The notes: generated by a model not told the origin, from the letters alone. 64,000 bases of DNA from Candidatus Spongiisociaceae bacterium (GCA_965262915.1 OZ253564.1:3904001-3968000); one strand, 5' to 3'; shown: positions 49,333-59,871, counted from the first letter of the stretch. Translations and numbers: made by a program.

Positions 49333-50040
49333 GTGGACGAGCTCCTCCTTGCGTCGGCCGTGGTTGTCGTCGCCGCCGCAATCCAAGGCTCGGTCGGATT
49401 CGGAATGAACGCGCTCTCGTTCCCAATCCTCCTAGTGATCGACGACTCACTAGTGCCGGGCCCGCTGCTCATCGCTCACCTTTCCCTCGTTCTCATGATG
49501 AGCGCCTCTGAGATGTCCCAGAGGGACTCCCGGGCCCTTGCCTGGGCTGTGGGTGGTTCAATTCCGGGGGTTGCCGCGGGTGCATGGCTGATTTCCCTGG
49601 CCAGCAAGGCACAACTCGTAGCCCTGGCCATCGCCGCGCTGGTTCTCGTGATAGTCGTGGTCCTGCGCGGAGTCGAGCTGGGCCGCGGTAGAGGCACCCT
49701 TGCCGGTGTCGGTGTCCTGTCCGGCCTCCTGGGAACCACCGTGTCGGTGAACGGTCCTCCGCTGGCCCTCGCGCTGATCAGTGGACCAGGCGCCGTCCGG
49801 CGGGGAACGATGGCGGTTTTCCTAACGATCGGCACCGCTTTCTCGATCGTGGCCCTGATCGGCGTCGGGAGGTTCGGCTCATCCGAACTGGTCTCGGGTT
49901 TGGCACTTGTCCCGGCCGCCGGCATCGGCATGCTCATAGCAGTTTCGGTCCGCAGCATCGTCGATCGGATCGACGCGCGGCTCGTCGTGATACCTCTGGC
50001 CGTGGTTTCCGCGGTAATCGGAGTGGCCGGTATCTCCTAG
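49333..50040 (+). CDS. TauE/SafE-family (sulfite exporter-like) membrane protein
   Basis: IQGSVGFG; SGLLGTTVSVNGPPLAL; about 8 TM segments. Confidence 0.85.
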   Translation: MDELLLASAVVVVAAAIQGSVGFGMNALSFPILLVIDDSLVPGPLLIAHLSLVLMMSASEMSQRDSRALAWAVGGSIPGVAAGAWLISLASKAQLVALAIAALVLVIVVVLRGVELGRGRGTLAGVGVLSGLLGTTVSVNGPPLALALISGPGAVRRGTMAVFLTIGTAFSIVALIGVGRFGSSELVSGLALVPAAGIGMLIAVSVRSIVDRIDARLVVIPLAVVSAVIGVAGIS

Positions 50041-50150
50041 CTGATGTCTCCAGTCGCCCTCGCGGCATCTGGTGGCATTGCGGGCGTGGCACAGCGGTCA
50101 AGGAGTCTGGCCCGCTTCCAGCGGTGCGGCGGACTGGACATGTGGCTCAG

Positions 50151-51413
50151 CTAGAGCCTTCGGAGTTGCAGGAAGGGCAGTTCAGCGACTGTTGCTGCGA
50201 TCCCGGCGGTCTCGCCCGTGCCCGCTATGTCCCACTCGACCGCGACCCGTACTCCGACCTCGGCGACTTCTCGATTCAGGTGGCCGAACCCGATGAGCTT
50301 GCCGATGGTCGGGGCCCATGTGATGCTCGAGGCGCGACCAACAACCGCGTGATCCGCTCGTACCGGTTTGGCTACCCACTCGACCCGGGGGGAGACGTTG
50401 GGCGCAATACCCCGGTCGACGTGCTCGGTCACTACCTGGCGCCAGTCGATATCGAGACCGACGAGCGTCCGTGGCGGTCCACCGGCCTCCTGCTCGTTCA
50501 GCAGCGCTTCCTTGCCGATGAAGTCTCCCTTGTCGAAGTCGACGAACCGGCCGATCCCCAGCTCGAACGGTGACGACATGTACTCTGGTTCAGAGGCCGA
50601 GACGGTGTGTGAACCGACCGGATCGGGCCCGGCGTTGGCGTAGTCGGGACCCGCTATCAACAGCCCGGCCTCGACTCGGGCCACGTCGATGGCCCATTCT
50701 CCACATGGGCGCATGAACAAGCCCTCGCCGGCAGCGGCCACGGCGTCCCACACCGCCGGCGCTCCGCTGAGAGGGGTGAAGAGCTCGTACCCGAGTTCTC
50801 CCGTAAACCCTTGCCGGGCCACCTCGACCTCGACACCGGCGATATCGGCGGGTTCGAGCCGCGAGAAGTCGAGGTGCGACCAATCCCGGCCGGTTGCCCG
50901 CTCGAGCACCTCGAGGGAGTTGGGCCCCTGCACCGTCAGGATGCCGGAGTCGTCGGTCACATCCACAACCGAGACGTCGTACCCCTCGGCCTGCCGGGTG
51001 AACCACGCCAAGCTCCGGTCCCCGGTGAGCCGATAAGCCGACTCCCCCCTCCTGAACACCAGGCCCGCGACGATGACTTTGCCGTCGTCGTTGCACCAGG
51101 GTGTGTAGTAGATCGAGCCCACCGCCAGCGCATAGGCGTCACGGGTGATAACGCAGTCGACGGCGGCCGTGGCATCCGGCCCCGAGATCTCGCACTTGGA
51201 CAGGGGCGACATGTCGCCCATGGCGACCGTCTCCCGGATGGCGCGTAGCTCGGCATGGAAGTCGTCGTACACGTCGACCACGTGGTGCAGATCCCAATTG
51301 AAGTACCAGGGCGTTGCACTGTCCCGCGCCGTCCGTGTATGGAACGGCGTCCCGATCCGCCCGTCGGGACGGTACCGGCTGGCAGCAGCATGCGACCACT
51401 CTTGTTCCGCCAT
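50151..51413 (-). CDS. GcvT-family aminomethyltransferase-like protein (THF-dependent demethylase candidate)
   Basis: TPFH; IRE.V...DMSPL.K..ISGPDA; YTPWC.DDGKV; VQGP.S; RQGFTGELGYE; ARVEAGL; F.KGDFIGKEAL. Confidence 0.9.
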   Translation of the reverse strand: MAEQEWSHAAASRYRPDGRIGTPFHTRTARDSATPWYFNWDLHHVVDVYDDFHAELRAIRETVAMGDMSPLSKCEISGPDATAAVDCVITRDAYALAVGSIYYTPWCNDDGKVIVAGLVFRRGESAYRLTGDRSLAWFTRQAEGYDVSVVDVTDDSGILTVQGPNSLEVLERATGRDWSHLDFSRLEPADIAGVEVEVARQGFTGELGYELFTPLSGAPAVWDAVAAAGEGLFMRPCGEWAIDVARVEAGLLIAGPDYANAGPDPVGSHTVSASEPEYMSSPFELGIGRFVDFDKGDFIGKEALLNEQEAGGPPRTLVGLDIDWRQVVTEHVDRGIAPNVSPRVEWVAKPVRADHAVVGRASSITWAPTIGKLIGFGHLNREVAEVGVRVAVEWDIAGTGETAGIAATVAELPFLQLRRL

Positions 51414-51580
51414 TCTCTTCCTCCTTTCGATGCTCCGAATCGGGCCCGGCGCATTCGGATGCTGGGATCCGGCTACGACACGGGACCCGCTTGGGAGACG
51501 TGAATCGTCGGCATCGCACGGTCTCGCGCGGGGGGCTCACCCCATTCAAGAACCTGAGAAGACATCCCCGGTCATCACAA

Positions 51581-52745
51581 CTAGTCGGAGAGGGTCGGCT
51601 CAGCCGTCATGATGGGGTATGACATAGGGGATGATTCGTCGGCTGTCTTGCTGAGTGGGTCCCAGTGGTGGGCGGTGTCCCAATAGTGCTGGGCGGCAAC
51701 TTGCAAGTCGTCTAGCAACTCCGGGAGGTCGAGGTCGGGGATTACCCGGTTGCTCATGACGATCTTTCCGTCGACGAGCACGGTTTCCACGTCGTCTCCT
51801 ATACCGCAGTCCACCAGGGCGCTGATCGGGTCTCGGATGACGCCATAGCGGAGACTGTCGGGCGCCCGCAGCCCGATGACCACGATATCGGCTTTGGCGC
51901 CGGGAGCGATACGGCCCAGGTCGTCACGGCCCAAGGCTCGAGCACCGCCCAGGGTTGCCGCTTCGAACACTTCTCCTGCGGTGGCAGCGGCGAAGTCTCG
52001 CTCCATGATCTTTCCAACATACGAGGCCATCCTCATCTGCATGATCAGGTCGCGGGGATAGGTGTCGGCGCCGAGGGCGATGTTGACCCCGGCTTTCTTG
52101 TATTTGGTGAACGAGTCGAGGAACCGTCCCCTCCTGAACAGGTTGACCGGGGAGTGGGAAACGGAGGTTCCGGTGCCCCCCAGGATCTCGAGGTCCCTAC
52201 CACCGGCCCAGTTGGTCAACGGGTTCTCTGCAACCAGTTGGCCGTGACCGATGATCACTTCAGGCCCGAGCAGCCCGACTCGTTCGAGCAGTTCGATGGG
52301 GGTACACCCGTGGCGTTCCACGATGTATTGCCATTCCAGGGGACTGTATGCGGCGTGGGTCTGCACCGGTACACCGAGCTCCTCCTTGAGCGCTACCGTC
52401 TTCTCGAGCAGCGGCACCGAGCAGTACTCCAGTTCCTCAGGAACGAGGATTCCCCGGATGCGGCCGTCGGCGGCGCCGTCGTACTCCTTGATGAACTCCA
52501 CCGCCTCGCGCAGTTCACCCTCACCGTCGTCCTTGGTCGGTACCCGCCGCCAGCGGCCATCCTCGGTACCCTCGAATACCTCGGATTCGTAACCGGGGCT
52601 CAGATACGCCCGGGATCCCATCTCCTCGACCACAGCCGCAGTCGGAGTCACGCGTTCCTTAGCACTGCCGACATCGACGAACGTCGTCACCCCATTCCGA
52701 AGCAACTCGGTCACGACGAACCGCGCCGTCAGCAGATCAGCCTCG
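51581..52745 (-). pseudogene. 5'-truncated chlorohydrolase/SsnA-type amidohydrolase
   Basis: ARFVVTELLRNGVTT, THAAY, IGHG, LGADT, RIAPGAKAD are present, but the N-terminal beta-domain and HxH metal motif are missing; in-frame TAG at 52769-52771. Confidence 0.75.
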
Positions 52746-53068
52746 CGGTCACGATCCTTCCGATCATGCTACGCGAGCACCCGTCGGAGTAGCCGCAGAC
52801 GCTGTTCAATCGCTGAAACGTTCGGCTCCTCGTCAGGAACGCCGCGTATACGCGTATATAGGTGCGAAAGGTCTGGAGTTCTCCCGAGAACCCGACACTT
52901 GGTCTGTGCGACTCGGTGATGATGAATAGTCGTCCTCCCACTCCTCCAATGGCTGGTGTCCGATGGTGGAGCGAATCCGGTCCGGGGGTTGAGGGTGATC
53001 GAAAACCACGAGCCAACCCCCCATCTCTCGACTGACCACGCGTCCTCAACATCCTTCCGACACCGGCA

Positions 53069-53117
53069 TTCCATCATGTGGAGATGATTCTTGAACAGAA
53101 CCCCTTTCTGCTACCTT
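53069..53117 (+). promoter_or_regulatory. Operator TTCCATCATGTGGAG with downstream -10 TACCTT
   Basis: 15-mer at 53069-53083; -10-like box at 53112-53117 (28-bp gap); upstream of the Mo-hydroxylase operon. Confidence 0.55.
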
Positions 53118-53253
53118 CACGCGCCATGTATGTCGACGGATCGGGCCCCTCGGATCAAGCTGGGCATATAGGGCTGCGAGTACCCGCGGGTGCGTCACGT
53201 TCTCTTCCAGAGCCGCCGATCCCTCCGCCGTTCAGGAGTTCTAAGGGGGAACA

Positions 53254-55662
53254 GTGACCACCACGAGTACCCTTCGTCATGTCGGTAAGCCATACCTGGG
53301 TCTCACCAACCGAGAGCTAGCCGCCGGGAAAGGCCTGTTCGTCTCCGACATCGTCCTCCCTGGCATGGCCCACCTGGCGATCCTGAGAAGCCCTCACGCG
53401 GCCGCACGCATCGTTTCGATCGACACTTCCGCAGCCGAGGAACTCGACGGCGTGGTGTACGTGATGACCGGGGATGAGGCGAAAGCCCAGATGCGCCCGA
53501 TCCCCGAAGCGTGGAACACCAAGGAGATCGGCGCCAAGGGCGTCGACTGGTACGCGCTAGCGCCGGACCGGGTCCGTTACGTGGGCGAAGCAGTAGCTGC
53601 GGTTGTCGCCGAGTCGAAGAACACCGCTTTCGAAGCGGTCGAACTGATCGATGTCACGTACGAGGTGCTGCCCGCCGTGACCGACCCGCGAGCAGCCCTC
53701 GCAGAGGATTCGGTGCTGGTCGAGCCCGAGTGGGGCGACAACCTCCTGATCACGAGGGACTGGCGCACCGGCGACATGGAAGGTGCTTTCGAGCGCGCCG
53801 AGCGAATCATCGAAGGCGAAGTCCGGTCTGAACGGATAACCGGTGTTTCGATAGAACCGAGAGGCTCGGTTGCCCAGTACGACATCTACCAAGACAAGCT
53901 GACGCTCTGGGAATCGACCCAGAACCCCCACCCGCTGAGAACCTTCCTCGCCGAGACGCTAGGCATCCCCGAGAGGACCATACACGTGATCCAGCCCAAC
54001 GTCGGGGGCGCGTTCGGGCTCAAGCAGCCGCCCTTCCAAGAGCAACCCCTCATCGCATATCTGGCGCGAAAGCTCGGTCGGCCCATCAAATGGATCGAGG
54101 GACGGGACGAGAACTTCGCAACCACCGGCCATTCCCGCGACGTGGGGTTCCACTACCGGGCGGCGTTCGACAGTGAAGGCATCGTCAGCGGCCTCGACAT
54201 CGAGGTGGTGGCGGATGTAGGCGCGCCGACCGCCCTCCTGGGCTGGGGCCAGTCGTTCGTCACCGCCTACTGCTTGCCCACGGTGTACCGCGTCCCCAAC
54301 AACCGCATCCAACTGTCGGTCGTGGTCACCAACAAGACACCGTGGAATGCCTACCGGGGATTCGGAAAGGACTCCGCCACCTTCCTCATGGAGCGGATCA
54401 TCGATCGCGTGGCCCGCGAAACCGGTCTCGATCGCGCAACCGTCCGCTATCGCAACTTCATCCAGCCGGACGAGTTCCCGTACTCGCAACCATCCGGAGC
54501 CATGCTCGACAGCGGCAACTATCCGGGAACCCTGGACAAGGTTCTCGCGATGGTCGGCTGGGACGACTTCCCGGACATGCAGCGCCGGGCGCGCGAGGAG
54601 GGTCGCTACATCGGAATCGGTCTCAGCCACGAACTGACCCCCGAGGGTTGCGCGATGCCCGGGGCGGTGCTGATCTCGGCCTATGAAGGAGCCACCGTGC
54701 GAGTCGCCCCGTCGGGCGACGTCACGGTCCTCACCGGCATCACCTCACCCGGTTGCGGCAACGAGACTGCAATGGCCCAGATCGCCGCCGAATTCCTGGG
54801 CTGCGAGATCGAGCACATCAAGGTAATCCAAGGCGACACGGAATCCTGTCCCTACGGTCTGGGTAACTTCAGCTCCAGAGCCACCATGTACGGCGGCTCG
54901 GCCGTGCAAGCCGCCGCCACGGAATTGCGCGAGAAGATGTTCCGCATCGCCGGCAAGATGCTGGAGGCCGCGCCCGAGGACCTCGATGCCGCGCACGGCA
55001 AGATCTTCGTGCTGGGGGCGGAGAGCCGCAATGTCGGTTTCGCGGACGTCGCCAACCAGGTCTACCGCCACACCTTCGGACAGTACGCCGACGAGGAGGA
55101 ACCCGGACTCGAATCGACTCGCTATTTCAGGATGGGGAACGTCTACCACCAACCCGAGAAGCAGGGCCGTTTCAGCAACTACCCGGCTTGGCCCAGCGGG
55201 AGCGCAGCGTGCATCATCGAGGTTGACCCGGATACCGGAGCGGTAAAGGTCCTGCGATTCTGCCTGGTGGACGATGCGGGCACGGTTATCAACCCCCTAC
55301 TCGTAACGGCGAACCTGCACGGATCCCTGGCCCAGGGCATCGGCGGGTCCATGTACGAACAACTGGCCTACGACTCCAACGGGCAGTTGCTGACAGCGAC
55401 ATTGATGGACTACACCATTCCGACCGCGGTCGAGATGCCCAGGTTCGAGATCGAGCACCAGGAAACCCCCTCACCCTTCACCCCGCTAGGAATGAAGGGT
55501 GTGGGTGAATCCGGTATCGGCGTGTGCCTGAACGCATTGTGCAGCGCCATCGAGAACGCCTTTCCCGAACTCGACCTGGAGATCAACGAGTTGATCCTGA
55601 CACCGGGCCGGGTCTGGCACGCCATCAACGAATCACGACGACGCCTGGGGGTCACGCTTTGA
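53254..55662 (+). CDS. Xanthine dehydrogenase-family molybdopterin-binding large subunit (CoxL-like; not form I CODH)
   Basis: RSPHAAARI; VRYVGE; STQNPH; VGGAFGLK; AYRGFG; SSR; DAGTVINP; DYTIPT; KGVGESG. Confidence 0.95.
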   Translation: MTTTSTLRHVGKPYLGLTNRELAAGKGLFVSDIVLPGMAHLAILRSPHAAARIVSIDTSAAEELDGVVYVMTGDEAKAQMRPIPEAWNTKEIGAKGVDWYALAPDRVRYVGEAVAAVVAESKNTAFEAVELIDVTYEVLPAVTDPRAALAEDSVLVEPEWGDNLLITRDWRTGDMEGAFERAERIIEGEVRSERITGVSIEPRGSVAQYDIYQDKLTLWESTQNPHPLRTFLAETLGIPERTIHVIQPNVGGAFGLKQPPFQEQPLIAYLARKLGRPIKWIEGRDENFATTGHSRDVGFHYRAAFDSEGIVSGLDIEVVADVGAPTALLGWGQSFVTAYCLPTVYRVPNNRIQLSVVVTNKTPWNAYRGFGKDSATFLMERIIDRVARETGLDRATVRYRNFIQPDEFPYSQPSGAMLDSGNYPGTLDKVLAMVGWDDFPDMQRRAREEGRYIGIGLSHELTPEGCAMPGAVLISAYEGATVRVAPSGDVTVLTGITSPGCGNETAMAQIAAEFLGCEIEHIKVIQGDTESCPYGLGNFSSRATMYGGSAVQAAATELREKMFRIAGKMLEAAPEDLDAAHGKIFVLGAESRNVGFADVANQVYRHTFGQYADEEEPGLESTRYFRMGNVYHQPEKQGRFSNYPAWPSGSAACIIEVDPDTGAVKVLRFCLVDDAGTVINPLLVTANLHGSLAQGIGGSMYEQLAYDSNGQLLTATLMDYTIPTAVEMPRFEIEHQETPSPFTPLGMKGVGESGIGVCLNALCSAIENAFPELDLEINELILTPGRVWHAINESRRRLGVTL

Positions 55663-56504
55663 TCACGCGGGAACTGGAACTGCTGAGACCGAAGACCAGC
55701 GCAGAGGCGGTGGCGCTGCTCGCCGAACGGGGCGAGGACATCACCGTCCTGGCAGGAGGCATGAGCCTCGTTCCGATGATGAACCTGGGAATCGTGCAGC
55801 CTGACGTCGTCATGTCGCTCAACCACATCACCGACCTCGTCGGCGTAACCTACGAGGGCGAGCTCCGGATCGGCGCCATGGTCCGTCACCGGGAGGTGAA
55901 GGAAAACGAGCTCATCAGAACCCACGCTCCGATGATGTCCGCGGCTGCCGGCCTGGTCGGGGACGTGCAGGTAAGGAATCGCGGGACCATCGCGGGGAGC
56001 CTCTGCCATGCCGATCCTGCCGGCGAGTACTCGCCGGTGGCTGTGGTCTCGGGCGCCGATATCGAGTTGGCCAGCAGCGCCGGGACCCGCCGGATGCCCG
56101 CGGACGAGTTTCTTATCGATCTCATGTTCACCGCCCGCGAGTTGGACGAACTCGTCACCGCCGTCATAGTGCCCAGCCAGCCCGCCGGCGCGGGTTCCGG
56201 ATACGTACGTTTTGCCCGGGTAGAGGGCAGCTTCGCTATCGTCAACGCAGCCGCTCTGATCGCGCCCGGCTTCCGGTCGACGAAGGTAGCCATCGGCGGA
56301 GTGGGAGCCACGCCGGTAGTGGTCGATGCCTCGGACACCTTCGCCAACGGTCCCGAACCCGCCGCCTTCGAAGAACTGGCCACGAGAGCATACGAGGCCG
56401 CTGAGTATGCCTCATCGGACATCCACTCCGATGCCGAGTACCGGCGGCACATGGCGGGCGTGTTCGCCAACCGAGCGGTCCAGCAAGCCATCACGAGCAT
56501 GTGA
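55659..56504 (+). CDS. Mo-hydroxylase FAD-binding medium subunit (CoxM-like)
   Basis: LAGGMSLVPMMN; QVRNRGTIAGSLCHADP; SDIHSDAEYRR. TTG start overlaps the large-subunit stop. Confidence 0.93.
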   Translation: MITRELELLRPKTSAEAVALLAERGEDITVLAGGMSLVPMMNLGIVQPDVVMSLNHITDLVGVTYEGELRIGAMVRHREVKENELIRTHAPMMSAAAGLVGDVQVRNRGTIAGSLCHADPAGEYSPVAVVSGADIELASSAGTRRMPADEFLIDLMFTARELDELVTAVIVPSQPAGAGSGYVRFARVEGSFAIVNAAALIAPGFRSTKVAIGGVGATPVVVDASDTFANGPEPAAFEELATRAYEAAEYASSDIHSDAEYRRHMAGVFANRAVQQAITSM

Positions 56505-56520
56505 TCGAGGTGAATGAGTC

Positions 56521-57009
56521 ATGAACACCCGGATCAGCCTGAAGGTAAACGGTAAGCACGCAACCGTCGACATCGACACTCGGACGATCCTGGTCGACAT
56601 GATTCGGGACGAGTTGCGACTTACCGGTTCCCACGTCGGTTGCGCGACCGGCAACTGCGGGGCATGCACGGTGCTCCTCAACGGCAAGACCGTCAAGTCG
56701 TGCTGCGTGCTGGCCGCCGACGCCCACGGCCAAGAGGTGCAAACCATCGAGTCCTTGAGTTCCGGTCCCAATGATCTGCATCCCATCCAGGAGGCGTACA
56801 TCGATAATCAGGGGTTGCAGTGCGGCTTCTGCACCCCGGGAATGATCCTGTCAACCCTCGTCCTCCTGCAGGAGAATCCCGATCCGAGCGAGTCCGAGAT
56901 ACGTCACGGAATAGCAGGTAATCTCTGCCGCTGTACGGGGTACCACTTCATCGTCGACTCGATCGAGGACGCCGCGGCCCGCCTACGTTCGGGGGCGGAG
57001 GCTCCGTGA
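56521..57009 (+). CDS. Mo-hydroxylase 2x[2Fe-2S] small subunit (CoxS-like)
   Basis: [12 protein letters not shown]; KSC; QCGFCTPG; NLCRCTGY. Confidence 0.95.
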   Translation: MNTRISLKVNGKHATVDIDTRTILVDMIRDELRLTGSHVGCATGNCGACTVLLNGKTVKSCCVLAADAHGQEVQTIESLSSGPNDLHPIQEAYIDNQGLQCGFCTPGMILSTLVLLQENPDPSESEIRHGIAGNLCRCTGYHFIVDSIEDAAARLRSGAEAP

Positions 57010-57093
57010 TCGGGCAACGCCACCGGGTAGGACAGGGAGTCCTGCCCCACCCGGGATGATGGCGCCCTCAAGAACCAAGCACAACGATCCGGA

Positions 57094-58350
57094 GTGAAAG
57101 TGACAAAGTACTGGCATCCGTTCGCAGATATGCGAGCCATCACCCGAGGTTCGGAACTCGTCCTCGACCGGACCGAGGGCTATTACGTCTACGACACCGA
57201 CGGCCGCCGCTACCTCGACGCCACAGCGAGCCTCTGGTATTGCAACGTCGGCCACGGTCGCACCGAGATTGCACGGGCCGCGTTCGAGCAGATGCAGCAG
57301 CTCGAGGCCTACTCGACCTTCGGCGACCTGACCAACCGGCCCGTGATGGCGCTGACGGACCGGCTCGCCCAGATCGCTCCGGTCCCGGACAGCGTGTCCT
57401 TCCTGACCAGCGGGGGCTCGGATTCGATCGACACCGCCGTCAAGCTGGCCCGCCTTTACCACAAGGTCATGGGCGAACCGCAGCGAACCTATGTGCTGAG
57501 CAGGTTCAGGGCGTACCACGGCATGCACACGGCCGGGACCAGCGTGGCCGGCATTGCGGCCAACCTGGACGGGTACGGACCGCTCCTGTCCAAGACCCGG
57601 GTGGTCGGCTGGGATTCGCACGACGACCTCGTCGAAGCTCTTGACGAGTTGGGTCCGGAGAACGTTGCCGCCTTCGTGTGCGAACCCGTGATCGGGGCAG
57701 GCGGCGTCCTCGCCCCTCCCCCCGGCTACCTCGAGAAGGTCCGCGGTATCTGCCGCGACTCAGGGGTGCTCTTCATAGCCGATGAGGTGATAACAGGCTT
57801 CGGTAGGACCGGAGCATGGTTCGCGAGTGAGCGATGGAACCTGACCCCGGACCTCATCACCTGCGCCAAGGGAATAACGTCCGGCTACCTGCCGCTCGGT
57901 GCGGTGATCGTCTCCCCGTGGATCGCCGAACCGTGGTTCGAAGGAAGTGCCGGCATGTGGCGGCACGGCTACACGTACTCGGGACATGCCACGGTTGCCG
58001 CAGCGGCAAACGCCAACCTCGACATCATGGAACGCGAGGGTCTGGTACGGGCGGCGGTGCGACTGGAGGCCAGTCTGGCGACCGGGCTCACCCCCCTATC
58101 GAACCACCATCTCGTCAGCGAGGTACGCGCCGGTGTGGGAGCGTTGGCCGCCGTACAGTTGTCCTCGGAAGCGGTGGATGAGGATCCCGGGCTGCCCAAC
58201 AGGCTCGTTGGTGCGTTGCGCGAGCACGGAATCCTAACCCGGATGCTGTTCGGCGATGCCGTACAGGTGTCACCACCGCTCACCCTTGACGACGCCGGTG
58301 TCAAGGAACTCGCCGACGGAATCCGCGGCGCCTTGGACGCTGTGGGCTGA
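57094..58350 (+). CDS. Class III PLP-dependent aminotransferase
   Basis: YWHPF; SLWYCNVGHG; SGGSD; AYHG; ADEVITGFGRTG; AKGITSGY; HGYTYSGH. Confidence 0.95.
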   Translation: MKVTKYWHPFADMRAITRGSELVLDRTEGYYVYDTDGRRYLDATASLWYCNVGHGRTEIARAAFEQMQQLEAYSTFGDLTNRPVMALTDRLAQIAPVPDSVSFLTSGGSDSIDTAVKLARLYHKVMGEPQRTYVLSRFRAYHGMHTAGTSVAGIAANLDGYGPLLSKTRVVGWDSHDDLVEALDELGPENVAAFVCEPVIGAGGVLAPPPGYLEKVRGICRDSGVLFIADEVITGFGRTGAWFASERWNLTPDLITCAKGITSGYLPLGAVIVSPWIAEPWFEGSAGMWRHGYTYSGHATVAAAANANLDIMEREGLVRAAVRLEASLATGLTPLSNHHLVSEVRAGVGALAAVQLSSEAVDEDPGLPNRLVGALREHGILTRMLFGDAVQVSPPLTLDDAGVKELADGIRGALDAVG

Positions 58351-58464
58351 AAGATGTGCCCGACCGGGGGCACGACCCCGAGGCCGTCCCATAAGTGTCC
58401 GATCGGTCAAGCGATCAAGTTTGCCGTAACCAGATAGACAAGCAGAACAGGAGATCAAGATTCA

Positions 58465-59871
58465 ATGAGCAAGTTCGATCTGGTAATCCACGGGGGAACC
58501 CTGGTTTTCACCGATGAGGCTGTTCCCGGCGATATCGGGGTCAGAGACGGGAAGATCGCCGCAATCGCCGCGCCCGGGATGCTCGGCAACGGTACCCGGA
58601 CCATCGATGCCACCGACCTGCATATCTTTCCGGGTGCCGTAGATCCTCACGTCCACCTCCAGACCTTCCAGAGCCCGTTCGATGTGAACGTGAAGACCGA
58701 AACCCGGAATGCCGCCATCGGTGGATGCACGACCATGGTCCCGACTCTCCTCAACCGGGAGGATGCCTCGGTTTCGTTCCTCGACTACTACCCCTGGGCG
58801 CTGGAAGCCGTCCAGCGTGATTCCATCATCGATGCCGGTTTCAGTGCCGTGATAGGAACTGATCAGCAGATCGAAGAGCTACCGGCGATGGCTTACGACT
58901 GCGGCATAACGTCCTACAAGTTCTACATGGCCTACACCCAGGACGAGGCGTCGGTGTTCGGCATCCTGGCGGTCGACGATGCACAGTTCCTGGCCGGCCT
59001 CCGGCAGGTGGCGGCCATCGGCAAGCCCGCGATCGCCATGGTGCATGCGGAGAACATGTCCATCATCCACAACCTGAAGGCCAAGTACATAGCCGCCGGA
59101 CGCGACGACCTCAAGGCATGGACCGACGCCCGCCCCGACATCGCCGAGGAGGAAGCCACCCGCCGGGCGATCTGGTACACCAAGGAAACCGGCTCCCAGC
59201 TCTACATCGTCCACATGACGATCGGCCGCGGAGTCGACTGGGTCCGCCAGGCAAAGGCCGAAGGCGTTGACGTGATCGCCGAAACCTGCCCGCACTACCT
59301 GGTACTGACCAAGTACGACAACGACAAGGTGGGAAGCCTGGCCAAGGTGAACCCGCCGCTGCGCGACGCCGAGAGCCAGGAGAAACTCTGGGAGGGTCTC
59401 CGCGACGGCACCGTAACGTGTGTCGGTTCCGACCATTCGACGGTGGTCGCCAAGCCGGACAAGGTCAACACCAGCATATGGGACGCCGTGCCGGGTTTCC
59501 CCGGGATGGGGATGCTGCTGCCCGTCATGCTCAGCGAGGGCTACCACAAGGGCCGTATCTCGTTGCCGGACGTCTCCCGGATCCTGGGCCTGCAGAACGC
59601 CGAGGTATGGGGTCTCTACCCCAAGAAGGGTGTCCTCCGGGTCGGCTCCGACGCCGACTTCGCCATCGTCGACCTCGATCAGGAGCGGGTGGTAACGCCC
59701 GAGTACATGCAGTCGGCGGCCAACTGGGGCCTGTACGACGGTTGGAACCTGAAGGGGTGGCCGACCCAGACCATCGTGAGAGGCACCGTCGTCATGGACT
59801 CCGGCGAGATTGTCGGCGACCCATCGTACGGTCAGTACATCCCGAGGTATCCGTACGACAAGACAAGCTAG
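58465..59871 (+). CDS. Cyclic amidohydrolase (dihydropyrimidinase/allantoinase/dihydroorotase family)
   Basis: VDPHVH; SYKFYMAY; VHAEN; VHMT; ETCPHYL; KVNPPLR; GSDH; KKG..VGSDAD. Confidence 0.93.
   Translation: MSKFDLVIHGGTLVFTDEAVPGDIGVRDGKIAAIAAPGMLGNGTRTIDATDLHIFPGAVDPHVHLQTFQSPFDVNVKTETRNAAIGGCTTMVPTLLNREDASVSFLDYYPWALEAVQRDSIIDAGFSAVIGTDQQIEELPAMAYDCGITSYKFYMAYTQDEASVFGILAVDDAQFLAGLRQVAAIGKPAIAMVHAENMSIIHNLKAKYIAAGRDDLKAWTDARPDIAEEEATRRAIWYTKETGSQLYIVHMTIGRGVDWVRQAKAEGVDVIAETCPHYLVLTKYDNDKVGSLAKVNPPLRDAESQEKLWEGLRDGTVTCVGSDHSTVVAKPDKVNTSIWDAVPGFPGMGMLLPVMLSEGYHKGRISLPDVSRILGLQNAEVWGLYPKKGVLRVGSDADFAIVDLDQERVVTPEYMQSAANWGLYDGWNLKGWPTQTIVRGTVVMDSGEIVGDPSYGQYIPRYPYDKTS

Noticed and set aside
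53254-57009. Aerobic carbon monoxide dehydrogenase
   Set aside because: Active-site loop is AYRGFG rather than AYRCSFR, gene order is L-M-S, and the context is heterocycle catabolism.
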